DNA of 63,779 bases, counting the filler, from Guillardia theta CCMP2712 (Eukaryota > Protista > Cryptophyta): NCBI RefSeq assembly GCF_000315625.1. It is 7 parts of 7 records of this genome, joined end to end, with 100 filler letters (N's around TTAATTAATTAA, not from the genome) between each part and the next. Parts side by side here need not be neighbours in the genome. Positions count along the whole stretch, not along the records: positions 41,920 to 51,906 come from NW_005434609.1; positions 52,007 to 60,071 come from NW_005434245.1; positions 60,172 to 62,352 come from NW_005434110.1; 4 more parts are not named here. One strand, 5' to 3'. Each line of letters starts with the position of its first letter. Position 1 is the stretch's first letter. Shown here piece by piece: positions 47,570 to 60,822 of the stretch. The translations under genes and the position numbers were made by a program. The notes below the pieces were generated by a model. That model did no database searches. It had not been told where the DNA came from and saw only the letters and a list, made by a program, of their open reading frames with translations.

Positions 47570-50500
47570 AGCGGGTGAAATCTTGGTCCATCGACAGTTA
47601 CGGGTGGAGGTACCGGGCTCGATGATACTGCAAGAAGGGCAGACTATGGCGATAGGAAGAACGATGAAGGTGCCGATAAGGAGGAGGGAAGTTCTCCTCC
47701 TCCGTGGCCGCTCGACCCCTCCTCCTCCTTCCCTGGAGTTCCGCGTGCTGCACCAGGCGAGGACGCGAGTGTTCGGGGAGGAGGAGAGGAGGGAGGTGGG
47801 AAAGATGAGGATGGTTGGAACGGGGAGGATGGAGCTGGACCGAGTCTGGAGCTCAGAGGACGGGAGATGGGCGGGTATCATTCACCTGAAGCAAGCGAAC
47901 GATGGCGGGAGGAGACGAGGAGGAGGAGGAGGAGGAGGAGGAGGAGGAGGAGGAGGAGGAGGAGGAGGAGGAGGAAGATATGATGACATGATTGTCTCGT
48001 TGTTTCAGAGGGACGTGGAGCAGGAGAACATCGTTGGGCGCCTCGATGTCTCCGTTTCTTTCCACCGAGGGTGCCCAACCATGGAGGATGCTGAAGTTGG
48101 CGCGGGAGAGGCAGAGGACGGGAGGAGGAGGGAGAGCGAGAGAAGGACGGGAGAAGACGGGAGGAAGAGGGAGAGCGAGAGAAGGACGGGAGAGGAAGGG
48201 AGGAGGAGGGAGGGAGGAGCGGAGGAGGGAGGAAAGGGAGAGAGGATCGACTTCCTGTTGCAAGTGGAGGACCTGATTGGGTTGCAAGGGCAAGGGAAGC
48301 TGCTGCTGCTGGGGAGATGTTGTGGGCAGCCGTTTGCGGGGAGGATTGTTGAGGGATCGCTCCAGTGTCGGGGTGAGGGAGCGAGTCTGGTGGTGAAGAA
48401 CATGATGGGAGGAGAGGAGAAGTTGGTTGCAAGGAAGTTGTTCAACAAGTCAGAGGAGGGGGAGGGGCGGGATGGTTGCACCGTCCTGTTGGAGGTGTGG
48501 GACGTGAGGGAGGATGGAGGGAAGAAACTGGTCGGTCTGTGCCGAGTGACTTGCGAGGACAAGAGCGCAGTCGGAGGAGGAGGCAAAGTTGAGGACAACA
48601 AGGAGAAGAACAAATCGAAGAATGCGGGTGTGAGCAAACAAACAAACAGAGATGGAATGAAGGAGAAGATAAGAGGGAAGGAAAGCTGCGTCAAAGATGC
48701 GATCTGGATCGAAGGGAAGTTCGCTGTCCGCAACCCTTTGACAGGGAAGGACGTGGGTCAGGTTGCGTTGACGCTGTTCCATGGCTACGGAGACACCTTG
48801 AGCAAGTTGAAGTTGAACAACAACATGGACAGGGAGGTCAAAAGAGTCACCGAGGAGAAACTGAAGATGGTGACGGGCGCCATGCAGCAGGCTGGGACGG
48901 GAGCATGCCGGGTGGCTGTGCGGGAGGAGGAGCAAGAGGAGGAGCAGGGGGAGGAGCGGGAGGAGGAGCGGGAGGGAGCACGACATGGAAGTTGTAGAGA
49001 TTACAATGGAAACGATCGCGATCAAGGTCGTGAAGATGTTCAGATAGTGACAAGAGTCGGAAAAGTCTGCAAGAAAGGTGAACATGAGACCGAGAATGTT
49101 CACAACCCGCAAACCCGTGCAGCTGGGGATCACTGGGAGCTGGAGAAATTCCCTCGCCGAGATCGACTTGAAGGAGCCGACGATGGCTGGAAGAGGGAGA
49201 GGCAGGAGGGAGGGCAAGGGACGGAGGTCAGACACGTCCTGACGCTCAAGGTCAATGCTCTGTATCACCTTGACCGCATGACGGGCGTCAGAGGAGGTGA
49301 CGAGGTCTACCTAGCGTTCCAGCTCGACGACGGGACTTGCCAGACGTCCTCCTGCTTCCTCAGAGTCTCTTCCTGTATCAGATTTCAGCACTCGACCTGC
49401 CTCGCGACCTTTTCCAGCCGCCATGGAGGGACAGGAGAAAAGTTCGCTCCTGCCTGCGACGGTGTCCTGTTCAAGGTGTTCAGGAGGGGCACTGGGACTG
49501 AGCAAGAGGACAGAGAGCTTGCTTTCTCGTACCTATCTCCTTCCCTCATCAGGCCCTTTTTGATCTCAGCAGCAGCAGCAAACTCTTCCCGATCCTCAAG
49601 GCTCTTTCGCCTCCCCCTCTCCTGCGCCGACCTCTCGGTTCCTGACCAGTCGGCGAGTGAGTTGCAAGTTGAGCTCGCCTACTCCCAGCACAGGAGGGCT
49701 GTACAGCCAACACCCGAGACAGAGTCGGTGAGATGATCTTACACACTCCTCCTCCTCCTCCTCCTCCTCCTGCTCCTCCTCCTGCTTCTCCTGCACCTCC
49801 TGCTCCTTCTCCTTCTCCTTCTGCTCCTCCTCGTTCTGCTCCTCCTCCTCCTTCTTTCTCCTGCTCCTCCTCCTTCTGCTCCTCCTCCTCCTGCTCCTCC
49901 TCTCGCCCCACCCTTGTGCTTACAATCTTCTTCTCATCGCTGCTCACTAACTTGACCGGTAGGATCGTTCCTTTCTTGCTGACGTCACCATCACCCGAGC
50001 GATGGGCCTCAAGAGCTCAGTCGACGATGTGGAAGAGAAGTCGGCAGACTGCCGTCTCCTCATGTTCGATGGGCCAAACACGTTCGTCGTGTGCAAGCTC
50101 GAAGATGATGATGAAGATGAAGACAAAGGCGCAGATGATGATGGAGACTATGCAGGAGCACACAAGAGTTGGAGCAGTGCTATCGTAGCTCACAGCTTCT
50201 CCCCGACCTTCAACCTCCAGCTCTCCATTCCCCTCCCATCGCAGCAGGATCTGATCCGCTACGTCAACAACTCGAGGCTGCACATCTTTGTCTTCCACAG
50301 ATGTCGCAAGCATCACAGATGCAACTCGAACAACTGCTGCCGACATGTCCTGCTGTCACATGCTGTTCGGTCCTCAGACCTTCTCCTCTCCCAAGTCAGC
50401 CTTCCTCTCTCCTCCCTCCTCTACAGCGATCGCGCAAGCACGTGGGTTGCTCTCCGAACGCCCAGGGGGCGAGGAGGAGGCGCTGTCGAATTGACGGTCA

Positions 50501-50605
50501 GGAAGTCACAAGGAGTGCAGAGCTGCTTGCGAGCTCATGATGAGATGTTGATCTCGAGGATGATCAGACACTGCTGTGATCTCAGGGAGGAGGAGGAGGA
50601 GCAGG

Positions 50606-50651
<46 letters not shown>

Positions 50652-51461
50652 CGGAAGCGCGAGTGCGCGAGAGCTGAGCCTGCATGTCATCTTTGAGGAA
50701 CTTGTCGTCGATGGAGCACAGGAGGTGGAGCATGCGATGAACTTTGGGAACAATCTTGCTGGCGGGAAGAGCAGCAGGAGCAGGACCAGGAGCACGAGCA
50801 CGAGCAGGAGGATCAGGTTTCGATTCTGTGTTTGCGACCTCGGACAAGTCTGTGAATTTTCAAAGTTGGCTGTAAGAAGAAAGAAGAGACGTCAGAAAGA
50901 CAAGGAGGAGAAGGAGGACAGGAAGGACAAGGAGGAGGAGGAGGACAGGAAGGACAAGGAGCAGGAGGAGGAGGAGGAGGACGAGGAACAGAACATCTTC
51001 GTCGTGGACCATTCTCGTGTCTTCCCAGTGCGACTTGACAGGCAGTCGATGACAAAGCTGCTTACTCGTGATGTCTGGATCCGGTGTGAAATGCTGGCAG
51101 AGGACGAGGAAGAGGAAGACGAGGACGAGGAAAGGATGAGAAGCATGCAGCTGGGAGAAGTCAGATTCAGCCTCCGCTCCCTCCTCCTCAAGCTCCTGGG
51201 GAAGGAGCTGGGAAGGGAGGAGGAGCGAACGAGATGGGTTGGCGGCTTCTTTCCCCTCGTCAAGGAAGGATCGTCAGCCATGCTGGGCAGGATAAGGATG
51301 AAAATAGCAGCCACCCGCAGACGCGCAGGAGGAGGAGGAAGAGGAGGAAGTGTTGGTGGTGTTGGTGGAGCCAGGGGGGTATGTCAGCTAGTGAGGAGCT
51401 GGACGAGGTTCGCCGACGGAAGAGGTCGAGCAGGTCAGGGGCCCAGGAAGGAGAAGGAAGC

Positions 51462-51539
<78 letters not shown>

Positions 51540-51758
51540 GCAGCAGTGGTTCGATATCAAGATCGAGGAGGGTCGGATCCTGCAAGGCTCCTCCACCTCC
51601 CTTGGCGGCTTCTCGGTCTCGTGCCCCCAGCTCGAGGTCAGCACAAGCGTCTGCTCAGGAAGTTTGCGGCCGAACTGGAGCTCGCAACATCTTCTTCCTC
51701 TCGACCTTTCTTCTCCCCTCCTCTTTCAGGTCTGGGAACACAGGAGCAGGGAAGGAGA

Positions 51759-51830
<72 letters not shown>

Positions 51831-51906
51831 CGACGCTTCGGTGCTCTTTCCTTCCACTCTTCGGCTCCTGGGTGTCGCTCGGGTTGACCTCAGCATGCTC
51901 AAGAGC
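45162..51906 (+). CDS. Very large multi-exon protein with several C2-like domains (possibly C2CD3-like)
   Basis: Long ORFs 45433-47067, 47232-49736 and 50002-51906, with C2-type motifs VLLEVWD..LVGLCRV, FSPTFNLQLSIPL..LHIFVFHR, LRPNWSSQHLL..LLFQVWEH..LLGVARVDLS. Confidence 0.55.
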
Positions 51907-52057
51907 NNNNNNNNNNNNNNNNNNNNNNNNNNNNNNNNNNNNNNNNNNNNTTAATTAATTAANNNNNNNNNNNNNNNNNNNNNNNNNNNNNNNNNNNNNN
52001 NNNNNNCTTCCTCTCGCCGCTTCCTCCTCCTTGACTTCTTCTGCTCCTCCTCGACAG

Positions 52058-52605
52058 GCGGGCAAGCTTTCCTTGACCAAGGTCATGATCGGGCACAACA
52101 AGATGGATGGAAGTAAGAACCCGCTCCTCTCCCCTCTCTCCTTAACTTTCCTTACCAGTTGCAATCCTCGACGCGGGAGATGGTCAGGGAGGGTGCGAGA
52201 GCGAAGTCAGAGAGGCTTCTGTTGTCCGCAACGGACGGTTCGGAGTCTCCGCCATGGGCTCCTGCTCCTGCCGCCTCCTCAAAGTCAAAGTTGAGAGCAG
52301 CGGAGACGGTAGCGGGGACGGCGGACACGGCGTTGCAGCACTAAAGGGAGCGCTTGTGTCCGTGACAGAGTGCAGGATAGCTCATAACAAGAAGTGTGGA
52401 GTCCTAGGTGAGGGAAGAGAAGGAGGAGGAGGAGGAGAAGGAGGAGGAGGAGGAGGAGGAGGAGGAGGAGGAGGAGGAGGAGGAGGAGGAGGGTGGGGGA
52501 GGAGCAGAAGTGAAAGTAGAGAATGACATCGTTGCAGTGCATGGAGCTTCACCAGGAGGAAGAGCATCGGGCGTGAACTTGAAGAAATCTGTCGTGCAGG
52601 TAAAA
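52058..52605 (+). CDS. Fragment of a right-handed beta-helix (pectin-lyase-like) repeat protein
   Basis: LTKVMIGHNKMDG, GHGVAALKGALVSVTECRIAHNKKCGV and VAVHG..VNLKKSVV in short exons. Confidence 0.4.
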
Positions 52606-53282
52606 GTAGGGGAGGATCTTACGAGAGAGGAGGGAGAGAAGGAGGAAGAGGAAGAGGAAGAGGAAGAGGAAGAGGAAGAGGAAGAGGAAGGGGAAGAGGA
52701 AGAGGAAGAGGAAGAAGAAAGTGACGGAGGGACTCTGACAAGGAAGAGCAGGACAATAGTCTTTTCGGTGCCTCAGCTGCTGAGGGAGGGAGACTGCTCA
52801 TCTCCTCCTCTTCCTTCGTACGCAACACACTGGTACCTCGAGGCTCTCTCCCGCTTCCTGCTCCACCCTCCCTCCATTGACCTTCTTGCCCTTTCCCCTC
52901 CTTCCCTTCCGTTCCCTTCCTCCCTTACCCCTCTTCCCTCCTCCTCTTTCTCTCCCGCTTCTCCTTCCGTTCTCCTGCTGCAGTACTGCGGCCCTCCTCT
53001 CTCGACTCTTCACTGACCGCAAGATCCACAGGGGGAAGTGGAGGGAGACTATCGCGTGGAACGAGGAACCCTCCTGCCTGTCCTCACCGTCGCTGCGGTA
53101 TCGGTACTCCTCTATGTCTTCCTCCGCAAGTCAAGGACTTGAAAGTTTCTGTTTCAATCTTCAACCGAGCCCTTAAAGTCTTTATATGATTCCTTTGCTC
53201 TGCACTCCTCCTCTGACTCACTCTCATCCCCTCCCCCCTGCTTCCCTGCTCCTCCCGCTCCTCCTCCTCCTCCTCCTCGTCA

Positions 53283-56200
53283 TCAATTTCGTCCTGTGTG
53301 CCGTGAAGGATCGTAAAACCTCGCAAACTCCTTAGGAGTGTGCTTGTCCTCCAGCAACCAAGACTTCCAGTACACGAAGAAGACGCTATCACGGTCCGCG
53401 CGGTTGAGCAGCACAGCCCTATCGTCTGCCACATCACCTTGAAGTTCCAGCCCCCCCTCCAGTAGAGGGTTGTCAATCCCAGCTCCTGTCCGCCCGCCAG
53501 CCTGTCTGCTGGTCGTGAGCGAGTCAAACGCTGACCACGCCTTGGCCTCGTCGCTCGAGTCCTCCTCATGCACTACCGCCCCTCCTCCTCCTCCTCCTCC
53601 TCCTCCTCCCTTGGCCACGTCAGCGGTCTTGCCTTCTCTGGCAGATCTCGCTTCCAGCATTGCGGGAGTCTCATCGCCGAAATGCTGCCATTTGTAGCAT
53701 CCGTTTCCGTAGGGTTTCGTCGCGCATTTGATCGCTCCAGGCAGCTCCTGAATCAGCCGCCGGACCTCCGGGTAGGCGATACCGTAGTACTCGGGGCCCG
53801 ACACTGCCGTCTTGGACTCGCACAGCCCTCGTTGCAGCCTCATGTTGTTCACCTTCTTCATGATCGCTGACCACACGCCCGACGCCGTTGCCGCCACCTC
53901 CTTCCCAGCTGGGTTGTCGGTGGGAGTGATCTGGAAGGTCGGCTTTGGCCCAGCGTCGAGGATCTCGCAGATGTAGTCGACTTTCTTATCAACCTCCAAC
54001 GTGCTCTGGTACTGCCTCCTCGCCCGGTACCCGACCGGCCAGATGTACTTGTCCGTGTGGAAGTTGGGGTTGTCAGCCTTGATGTGCCCGAGGCTCTCGA
54101 TCGTCATGGCGTTGCCCAGCTGGATCGGCAGCTCGGGCCGCCCATGCTCGTCCACAGGGATGTCATGCTTGCGCCGCGACCTCGCCTGCTTCGGCTGCGC
54201 CACCTCGACCGCTGCCTTCCTCTTGTCCCCCAGCTTCGGCTCGTAGATCTCCTCCTCCACCTCGTTGGCTACCGCCACTCCCTTGGTGCTCAAGTGCCGG
54301 GTGACGCGGAAGTGACACTTGGAGGAGGGCGGCATGGCACACTTCCCTCCCAGCACACTGATCTCCTCCCACAGTGTCTTCAGCTCATGCAGCGTCCAAC
54401 CGCTCACGTTCCCTGCAGTCTCTGCCTTGGCCAGGTAGGAAGAAACGGTATCAATGGTTTTGTTTGCTACAGCGATCATGTCTTCCGGAGCCGACTGGGA
54501 TATGCACGTTTCCACCAGCTCCTTCAGCCCTCTTATCTTCTCCTTCTTAGGAGCAGTGATCTCCCCTCCTTTCCCCACCACCAGCTCCCCAGCATGTCCT
54601 CCCTGCCCTCTGGCTTGCGACACTGTCGATCGGACCGCCCGCTCACTCGAGCTGCTCCCGCTGTAAAGAGGAGAGTACGTGCTGCCAAGAGGGAGGTACC
54701 GCGTTCTGCGCTCGATAGCTGCAGTGGTGACATAAGGGACGGGGAAGGGGACGGTGACGTCCTTGCAGAGAAAGCCAGCCTCCTCTAAGTTCTTGACGTC
54801 CTTGGCGGTGAGAGGCAGAAGGCTTCCTCGCAGCATCTCTGCCATGCGCTCTTGGAATGCCTTGAGCGTGTCCCCGTCAAACTTGTCAGGCTGCAGAGCG
54901 TCGGGGATGGCGGCGACGGTAGAGCAGGAGGGGCTCGAGTCCTCGAGCAGCCCTCCTATCAAGAGCTCGTGCAAGAATATGCCTCCCTCCTGGTCTCGCA
55001 AGACCCACACGCGCGAGGGGCAGGCCGATGGAGAGCTGGAGGAGAAAGGGGAGGGCAGGGAACTGCTTGAGCCAGCGAGCACAAGGGTAGCAGGAGCGCC
55101 GCCTCGGATGTGCGTGAGGATCGTCTGAGTCGCCTCCTCCTTGGGCTTCAGGGCCGTCGATCGGTGGATGGTGCGGGAGGAGTGCGCATGGATGTTGAAG
55201 CCGATCTTCTCCAGCTGCTTGATCGACTTCCACTCCAGCACAAGTTCAGCTACGTCGCCGACTTCTGCGAAGCTCAGGAGCTCGACGTCGTACTCCTTCT
55301 TGCTGCTGCCCTTGACGTCTTTGGTCTTATCAGCTTCCGTGTCTTTCTTCCTCATCGGAATCCCCGTGATCCTCACGATCTGCAAGTTGAAGTGCGCGGC
55401 TGCCAGCCTGTACACCCTGGAGCGCAAGGAGGAGGCAACGACGTTGGAGGAGAGGGAGGAGGAGGTACTGGTGCTCATCACCTTCTCGCTGCTCTCTGAC
55501 TCCAAAACCCACAGCATCTCCAGACGCACGTCGCTCTCCTCCGCGCACGCTGAATGATTCTTCGCCTTGGTGAAAGCACTTTCAATCGCTCCATCCAACT
55601 TCATGCTCGAGCCCTGAGGGCATCGGAGTGCTGCTGGGCTGGAGATGAGAAGGACCCGAGCCTGTAAAGTTCCAACCTCCTCGTGGTCGAGATCTGACAC
55701 CAGCGCCTTGAGGGCTTCGCGAGCGATGTCGTCTCCTGATCCAGCACGGGTCACAAGACAAGAAGGTAGATGAGGTGCCAACCTGAGATAGTTTCTTCTG
55801 ACTTGACGATCTTCGAGGAGGATATGGCACCATAAATGTAAGCCATGTTCTGCTGTTCCGCGTTCCACTTGTTCAGCTAGCCAATCACGTTCAGAGGGCA
55901 AGCAGAGTTGCACGAATCATCAAGAGAGGACCTGGACGATAGAAACCTCTTTGCTGTAACCCGAGTAGCCGCAGAGCATGATGCTGACAGCTGACCTGAA
56001 GCGAAAGTGAGGCAATGAACAGGGAAGATGAAGCAGCAACACAAGGCAGCAACAGAGCTCAACTTCTACTTACCCTTGTGGGCGCAGTTCGTTGACGACT
56101 CTCGCATACTCCAGCGCAGCTTCCAACAAAGCGCTCCAACGAGAGCGCTGGAGCTGCAAGAGAACTTTGCCTTGGAAGCTGCGAAAAAGTCACTCCTTGG

Positions 56201-56380
56201 AGACAGACAGGAGACTGCCTCACTTCTTCTTGTCCTCAACCTCGACCTCGTTGTTCTCATATACCTGCACACTTGGTCATCACATACCTCACGATCCACT
56301 CGCTCTGACCTCGTCGGAATCGTTCCCGCAGACAAGCACGATCAAGGTTCGATTCACTGACTGTCCTGACATGATTTCTA
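53283..56380 (-). CDS. INTS13: Integrator subunit 13 (Asunder)-like protein with an internal FYRN/FYRC domain
   Basis: Asunder-like motifs SRWSALLEAALEYARVVNEL (about 56085-56145), HFNLQIVRITGIPMRK...EYDVELL, IERRTRYLP and C-terminal SVFFVYWK...KEFARF. FYR motifs IESLGHI..FHTDKYIWPVGYRARRQY..YICEILD..SGPEYYGI..VRRLIQELPGA..C. Confidence 0.7.
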
Positions 56381-56577
56381 GTCTAGTCGGATCGGCATGC
56401 AACCTGATCAAATGCGTCAAGACGTGATAATAAGAACTTTGGACAATCAGAACTAGCGATCACCAAGGAACAACACAATCGAAAGCCAACAGGAAGCTCA
56501 GAATATTGATCTATGATGTTACTACAGCCAAAGGACTGCCTCTGTACATGACATGTGAAGGAGCGATAGGGCAAAGA

Positions 56578-56581
56578 TAGG

Positions 56582-56659
<78 letters not shown>

Positions 56660-56943
56660 AGCAGAAGCAGGAGAAGCAGGAGGATCAGGAGCAGCAGGAG
56701 CAGGAGCAGGAGCAGGAGGATCAGGAGGAGCAGGATGAGCAGGAGCAGAAGCAGGAGCAGGAGGAGCAGGAGCAGAAGCAGGAGAAGCAGGAGGAGCAGG
56801 AGGAGCAGCATAAGTAGGATAAGCGGGAGCGGGAGCAGGAGAAAGAGGAGCAGGAGGATCAGGAGTAGGATCAGGAGCAGGAGGGGCAGGTGGGGCAGGT
56901 AGGGCAGGTGGGGCAGGTGGGGCAGGAGGGGCAGCAGGAGCGG

Positions 56944-56974
<31 letters not shown>

Positions 56975-56975
56975 T
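56578..56975. repeat. (GGAGCA)n / (GCA)n degenerate microsatellite
   Basis: Direct inspection. Confidence 0.9.
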
Positions 56976-57309
56976 TCGGGGAAGGAATCTGCATTGATGT
57001 GCCTTCACCTTCGTCGACGTGACAGTTACAAACGGTTATGATCATCTTCACCACTGCCCTGTGAGATCGCCCGGGCTGGCGGCGCACACTGCACTGGCCG
57101 CTCAGCGACCCCGGGCCCGGGCCGGGCCGTGGAGTCACGGTCCCGCGGCCGCCGCACGGTCTACCGGTGATCGTGATAGGTCTTCACTACTGAAAAGTTG
57201 TTCACGGCCAATCTGATACGGTAACTTAAAAACTTGAAAGGCCGGCGGGACTCAGGGGAGGCCCTAGGCCCGGGCGGATGAAGGGTGAGGGACCGGAAGC
57301 AAAAAAGAA

Positions 57310-59070
57310 GAGGGCAGCATGTGGTATATATACTGTGAGAGGTATTGATCGAGTAACTCGGCGGCTGGTCAAGGTGTATATCACCCCAACCTTTTTGACC
57401 CCCACTCACTACCACACATTCTTTTACTTCGTAACCTCCCCAGATCGATTCCTCCTGAAGTCACCACCCACCCTTCAACCCACCCACTCAGCGCAATGCA
57501 CTGCACCGATTATGTCCCCTACGCTCCATACATTTTTGCTTGTGCTCTGCGGTCTGCTCATACAAGAACGCTACCTTTGCTGTTGATGCTGATAATGCCT
57601 CATCACTCTCAGCATCTTCATAGGAGCTGCGTCAAAGTCATACGCGCAGAGTCCATGTGGTTGGGCATACAATGAGAACGAAAGCAGTCAGGATGGCAGC
57701 ATCTATTCAGAGGAAACGAAACCCTTGCATATCCATCTACGATTGCAGACTGAGCGATCGCTACAAACGTCCAATGGAGCGACTCAACTTGAAGCTTACA
57801 CCACGAAACTTGTTCTGATACAATCGATCAGCACTCGGCAAATGAGAGTCCGAGCTTGAGAGAGAGAGCTGTGCATTTTCTTGTATGTCAATGCTGTGTG
57901 TATGACAAACCTGCGTACGACTCTCCTATGATTGTACCTGCCGGCAGGCAGCACCGTTGAATCACCAATTGATTCTATGGCAGTGAGCTTCATCTAAACC
58001 CAAACGATCATCCGAACGGTCTATGATCCTGTACGGTCGCCTCATGCTACACGGCGTCAAAAGGTACGCCAGGATGGACCTGACCTACAGACGTCAGGAA
58101 AAGCGCTACAGGACAAATGAGCCAGGGCGAGGAGGAGGGGGCGGGGCGGGAGGAAGGGATGGAGGATGGGGTTTGCAAGGGTGGAAGGAGGGGAAGGGGA
58201 GGGAGGAAGGGGAGGGCAGTATGTGGTATATATACTGTGAGGGGTGTTGATCGAGTAACTCGGCGGCTGGTCAAGGTGTATATCATCCCAACCTTTTTGA
58301 TCCCCACCCACTATCAAACATTCTTTTACTTCGTAACCTCCCCAGATCGATTCCTCCTGCCGTCACCACCCACCCTTCAACCCCCCCACTCAGCGCAATG
58401 CACTGAACCAATCAATGTCCCCTACACTCCATACATTTTTGCTTGTGCTCTGCAGTCTGCTCATACAAGAACGCTACCTTTGCTGTTGATGCTGATAATG
58501 CCTCATCACTCTCAGCATCTTCATAGGAGCTGCGTCAAAGTCATACGCGCAGAGTCCCATGTGGTTGGGCATACAATGAGAACGAAAGCAGTCAGGATGG
58601 CAGCATCTATTCAGAGGAAACGAAATCCTTGCATATCCATCTACGATTGCAGACTGAGCGATCACTACAAACCTGCATGCAGGTGCGACTCTCCTATGAT
58701 TGTACCTGCCGGCAGGCAGTACCGTTGAATCACCAATCCGATGATGGACGCTGCAACAGCAGTGAGCTCGATTCTATACGGCATCAAAAGGTACGCCAGG
58801 ATGGGCGTAGCCTACAGACGTCAGGAAAAGCGCTACAGGACAAATGAGCCGGGAAGAGGAGGAGGGGACGGGGCGGGAAGAAGGGGTTTGCAAGGGTGGA
58901 AGGAGGGGAAGGGGAGGGAGGAAGGGGAGGGCAGCATGTGGTATATATACTGTGAGGGGTGGCATACCAGTAACTCGGCGGCTGGTCAAGGTGTATATCA
59001 TCCCAACCTTTTTGACCTCCACCCACTACCATATATTCTTTTACTTCGTAACCTCCCCAGATCGATTCTC
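57310..59070. repeat. Three diverged tandem copies of a ~0.7-0.9 kb unit
   Basis: Anchor ATGTGGTATATATACTGTGAG...GTAACTCGGCGGCTGGTCAAGGTGTATATCA at about 57319, 58221 and 58936. Confidence 0.9.
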
Positions 59071-60173
59071 ATTTCTGTCCGGATCGTTTTACTCGACCTT
59101 AGCTTTTTACCATGCGCCCCATCACTCTTGTTTTTCTGCCCATGGCCAGAGGGAACTTGTGGAGGAGGAGGAGGGTGGGGAAATAAAGGAGGAGACACTT
59201 CATAATAGGAAGAAGAGAGAAGAAGAGAAGGCAGGGCAGGGCAGGGCAGGGCAGGGCAGGCAAAGTCATGGAGCCGCAGAAGGAGGAGAGAAGACTGAAA
59301 GACCCTCGTCGTATCTTGATTTTTTCCTGGTTCAGGGTAATGGTTCGCCTTGATGGTAGTGGATCTCGTGGATACACCAGATCATTGCAAGTTCTCTTGA
59401 TATTTCTTGTTAACATTCATCTTTTCTCCTCACCTCAATCTGTTGCTGGGTTCGTCAGCGTTATCAGCATCAGAAAGCTGGTGATTCATCCAGCAACGGG
59501 CAGCCGCAATGCACTGAGAAAGAAAGGTGCGGCGTCGATCCCTGTGCGCAACTTTGAGCCTCCCCTGCAGCTTGCTGTCCGAGCATTCAAGATTTGCTGA
59601 TGGGCGATGATGGTGAGCGAGACATTCTTGTTGTTTGTATGGTGACCGAGCACGTTGCTATGATAGAGCTCGACTTCAAGGAGGGTGACTGGGTCAAGGT
59701 GTCTGAAGATGCGCCATTGAAGATGGCGAAGAAGGTAGTTGTTGCTTGCTGAATGGAGGTTCGGTGAAGGGCGAGTAGGGGTGGAGCACTGGACTGAAAC
59801 CAACGCTGGGGAAGGTTGGGATGTTCGTGGAGGAAGTTGTGGCAGGAGGGCGATTCTGTGTGGTCGACTTTAGCATGACGCCTGGAATCGAGCACCTGGG
59901 GCGGCGAGTCTTGCTGGGGTCCTGCCTATCCTCGTCGCAACCTCTTGACGAGATCTCCTTTGACGAAGTGCTCCCACCTCCTGCGGAGTACACGCATCAG
60001 ACCGTGAAGGAGGAAGTGCAAGTCCCTCGTGTGTCGATCGATGATGAGATTGCAAAGTTGGAGAAGCAGCTNNNNNNNNNNNNNNNNNNNNNNNNNNNNN
60101 NNNNNNNNNNNNNNNTTAATTAATTAANNNNNNNNNNNNNNNNNNNNNNNNNNNNNNNNNNNNNNNNNNNNTT

Positions 60174-60822
60174 TCAAAGTCGATGGGTTTGATTTCCACG
60201 ACGCGTTAGGATATCATGCAGCAGATCTTTATCGGGAACGTAGTGCAAGTTCATGATATTCTGTCTTTCCATGAGCTCCTGAACTCCTTGGTGAGAACTT
60301 CCTTTCTGTTGACATAGAGCCATTGCAAAAGACGTATCATGGAGCTGGTATACATCTTCTGCTCTTCTTCGATATCGTATTCTCGCGGATAGCTTCCACT
60401 GATGCTTCGAGCGCTGCTTCGTCTTGTACGCGTAAGTTGTCCCACAGAGCAGACTCAGCTTCTGTAGAAGAACGTTTTCTCTTTGGTCGTGCATTGTTGG
60501 GTCTTGCAGCAGCAGTGGGATTTTGAAACATCGAGCTTGGTCCCTCCATCCCATCATCTAATTGTGACGTGCAAGATGACACTGACATGCCATCTCCTTC
60601 CGATTCGTCAATTGCTATCGCTGACTGCACATCATCGCTGGGAGGAGGCGGCGATTGACAACCACAAAATCCAGGATCCTCACTTCGAAAACTGGCACAT
60701 ACTGCATGAAAGTTGCCACCACATTTCCGGCACTTATGTCCAGTCCCAGTCGCAGGGTTGCATGGAGCTCCCTGTATTCGACATTCGCGTCCAAACAGGC
60801 ATTCTCCGCTAGTTTCCGCCAT
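60174..60822 (-). pseudogene. Frameshifted ORF: Cys/His zinc finger followed by a segment resembling the N-terminus of Crypton-type tyrosine recombinases
   Basis: HKCRKCGGNFHAVC..FCGC; ENTISKKSR / KMYTSSMIRLLQWLYVNRKEVL joined by a 1-nt shift near 60358. Confidence 0.4.

Noticed and set aside
59430-60071. Possible plus-strand gene fragment before the gap
   Set aside because: Coding-like but unrecognisable and truncated; not enough support to call.
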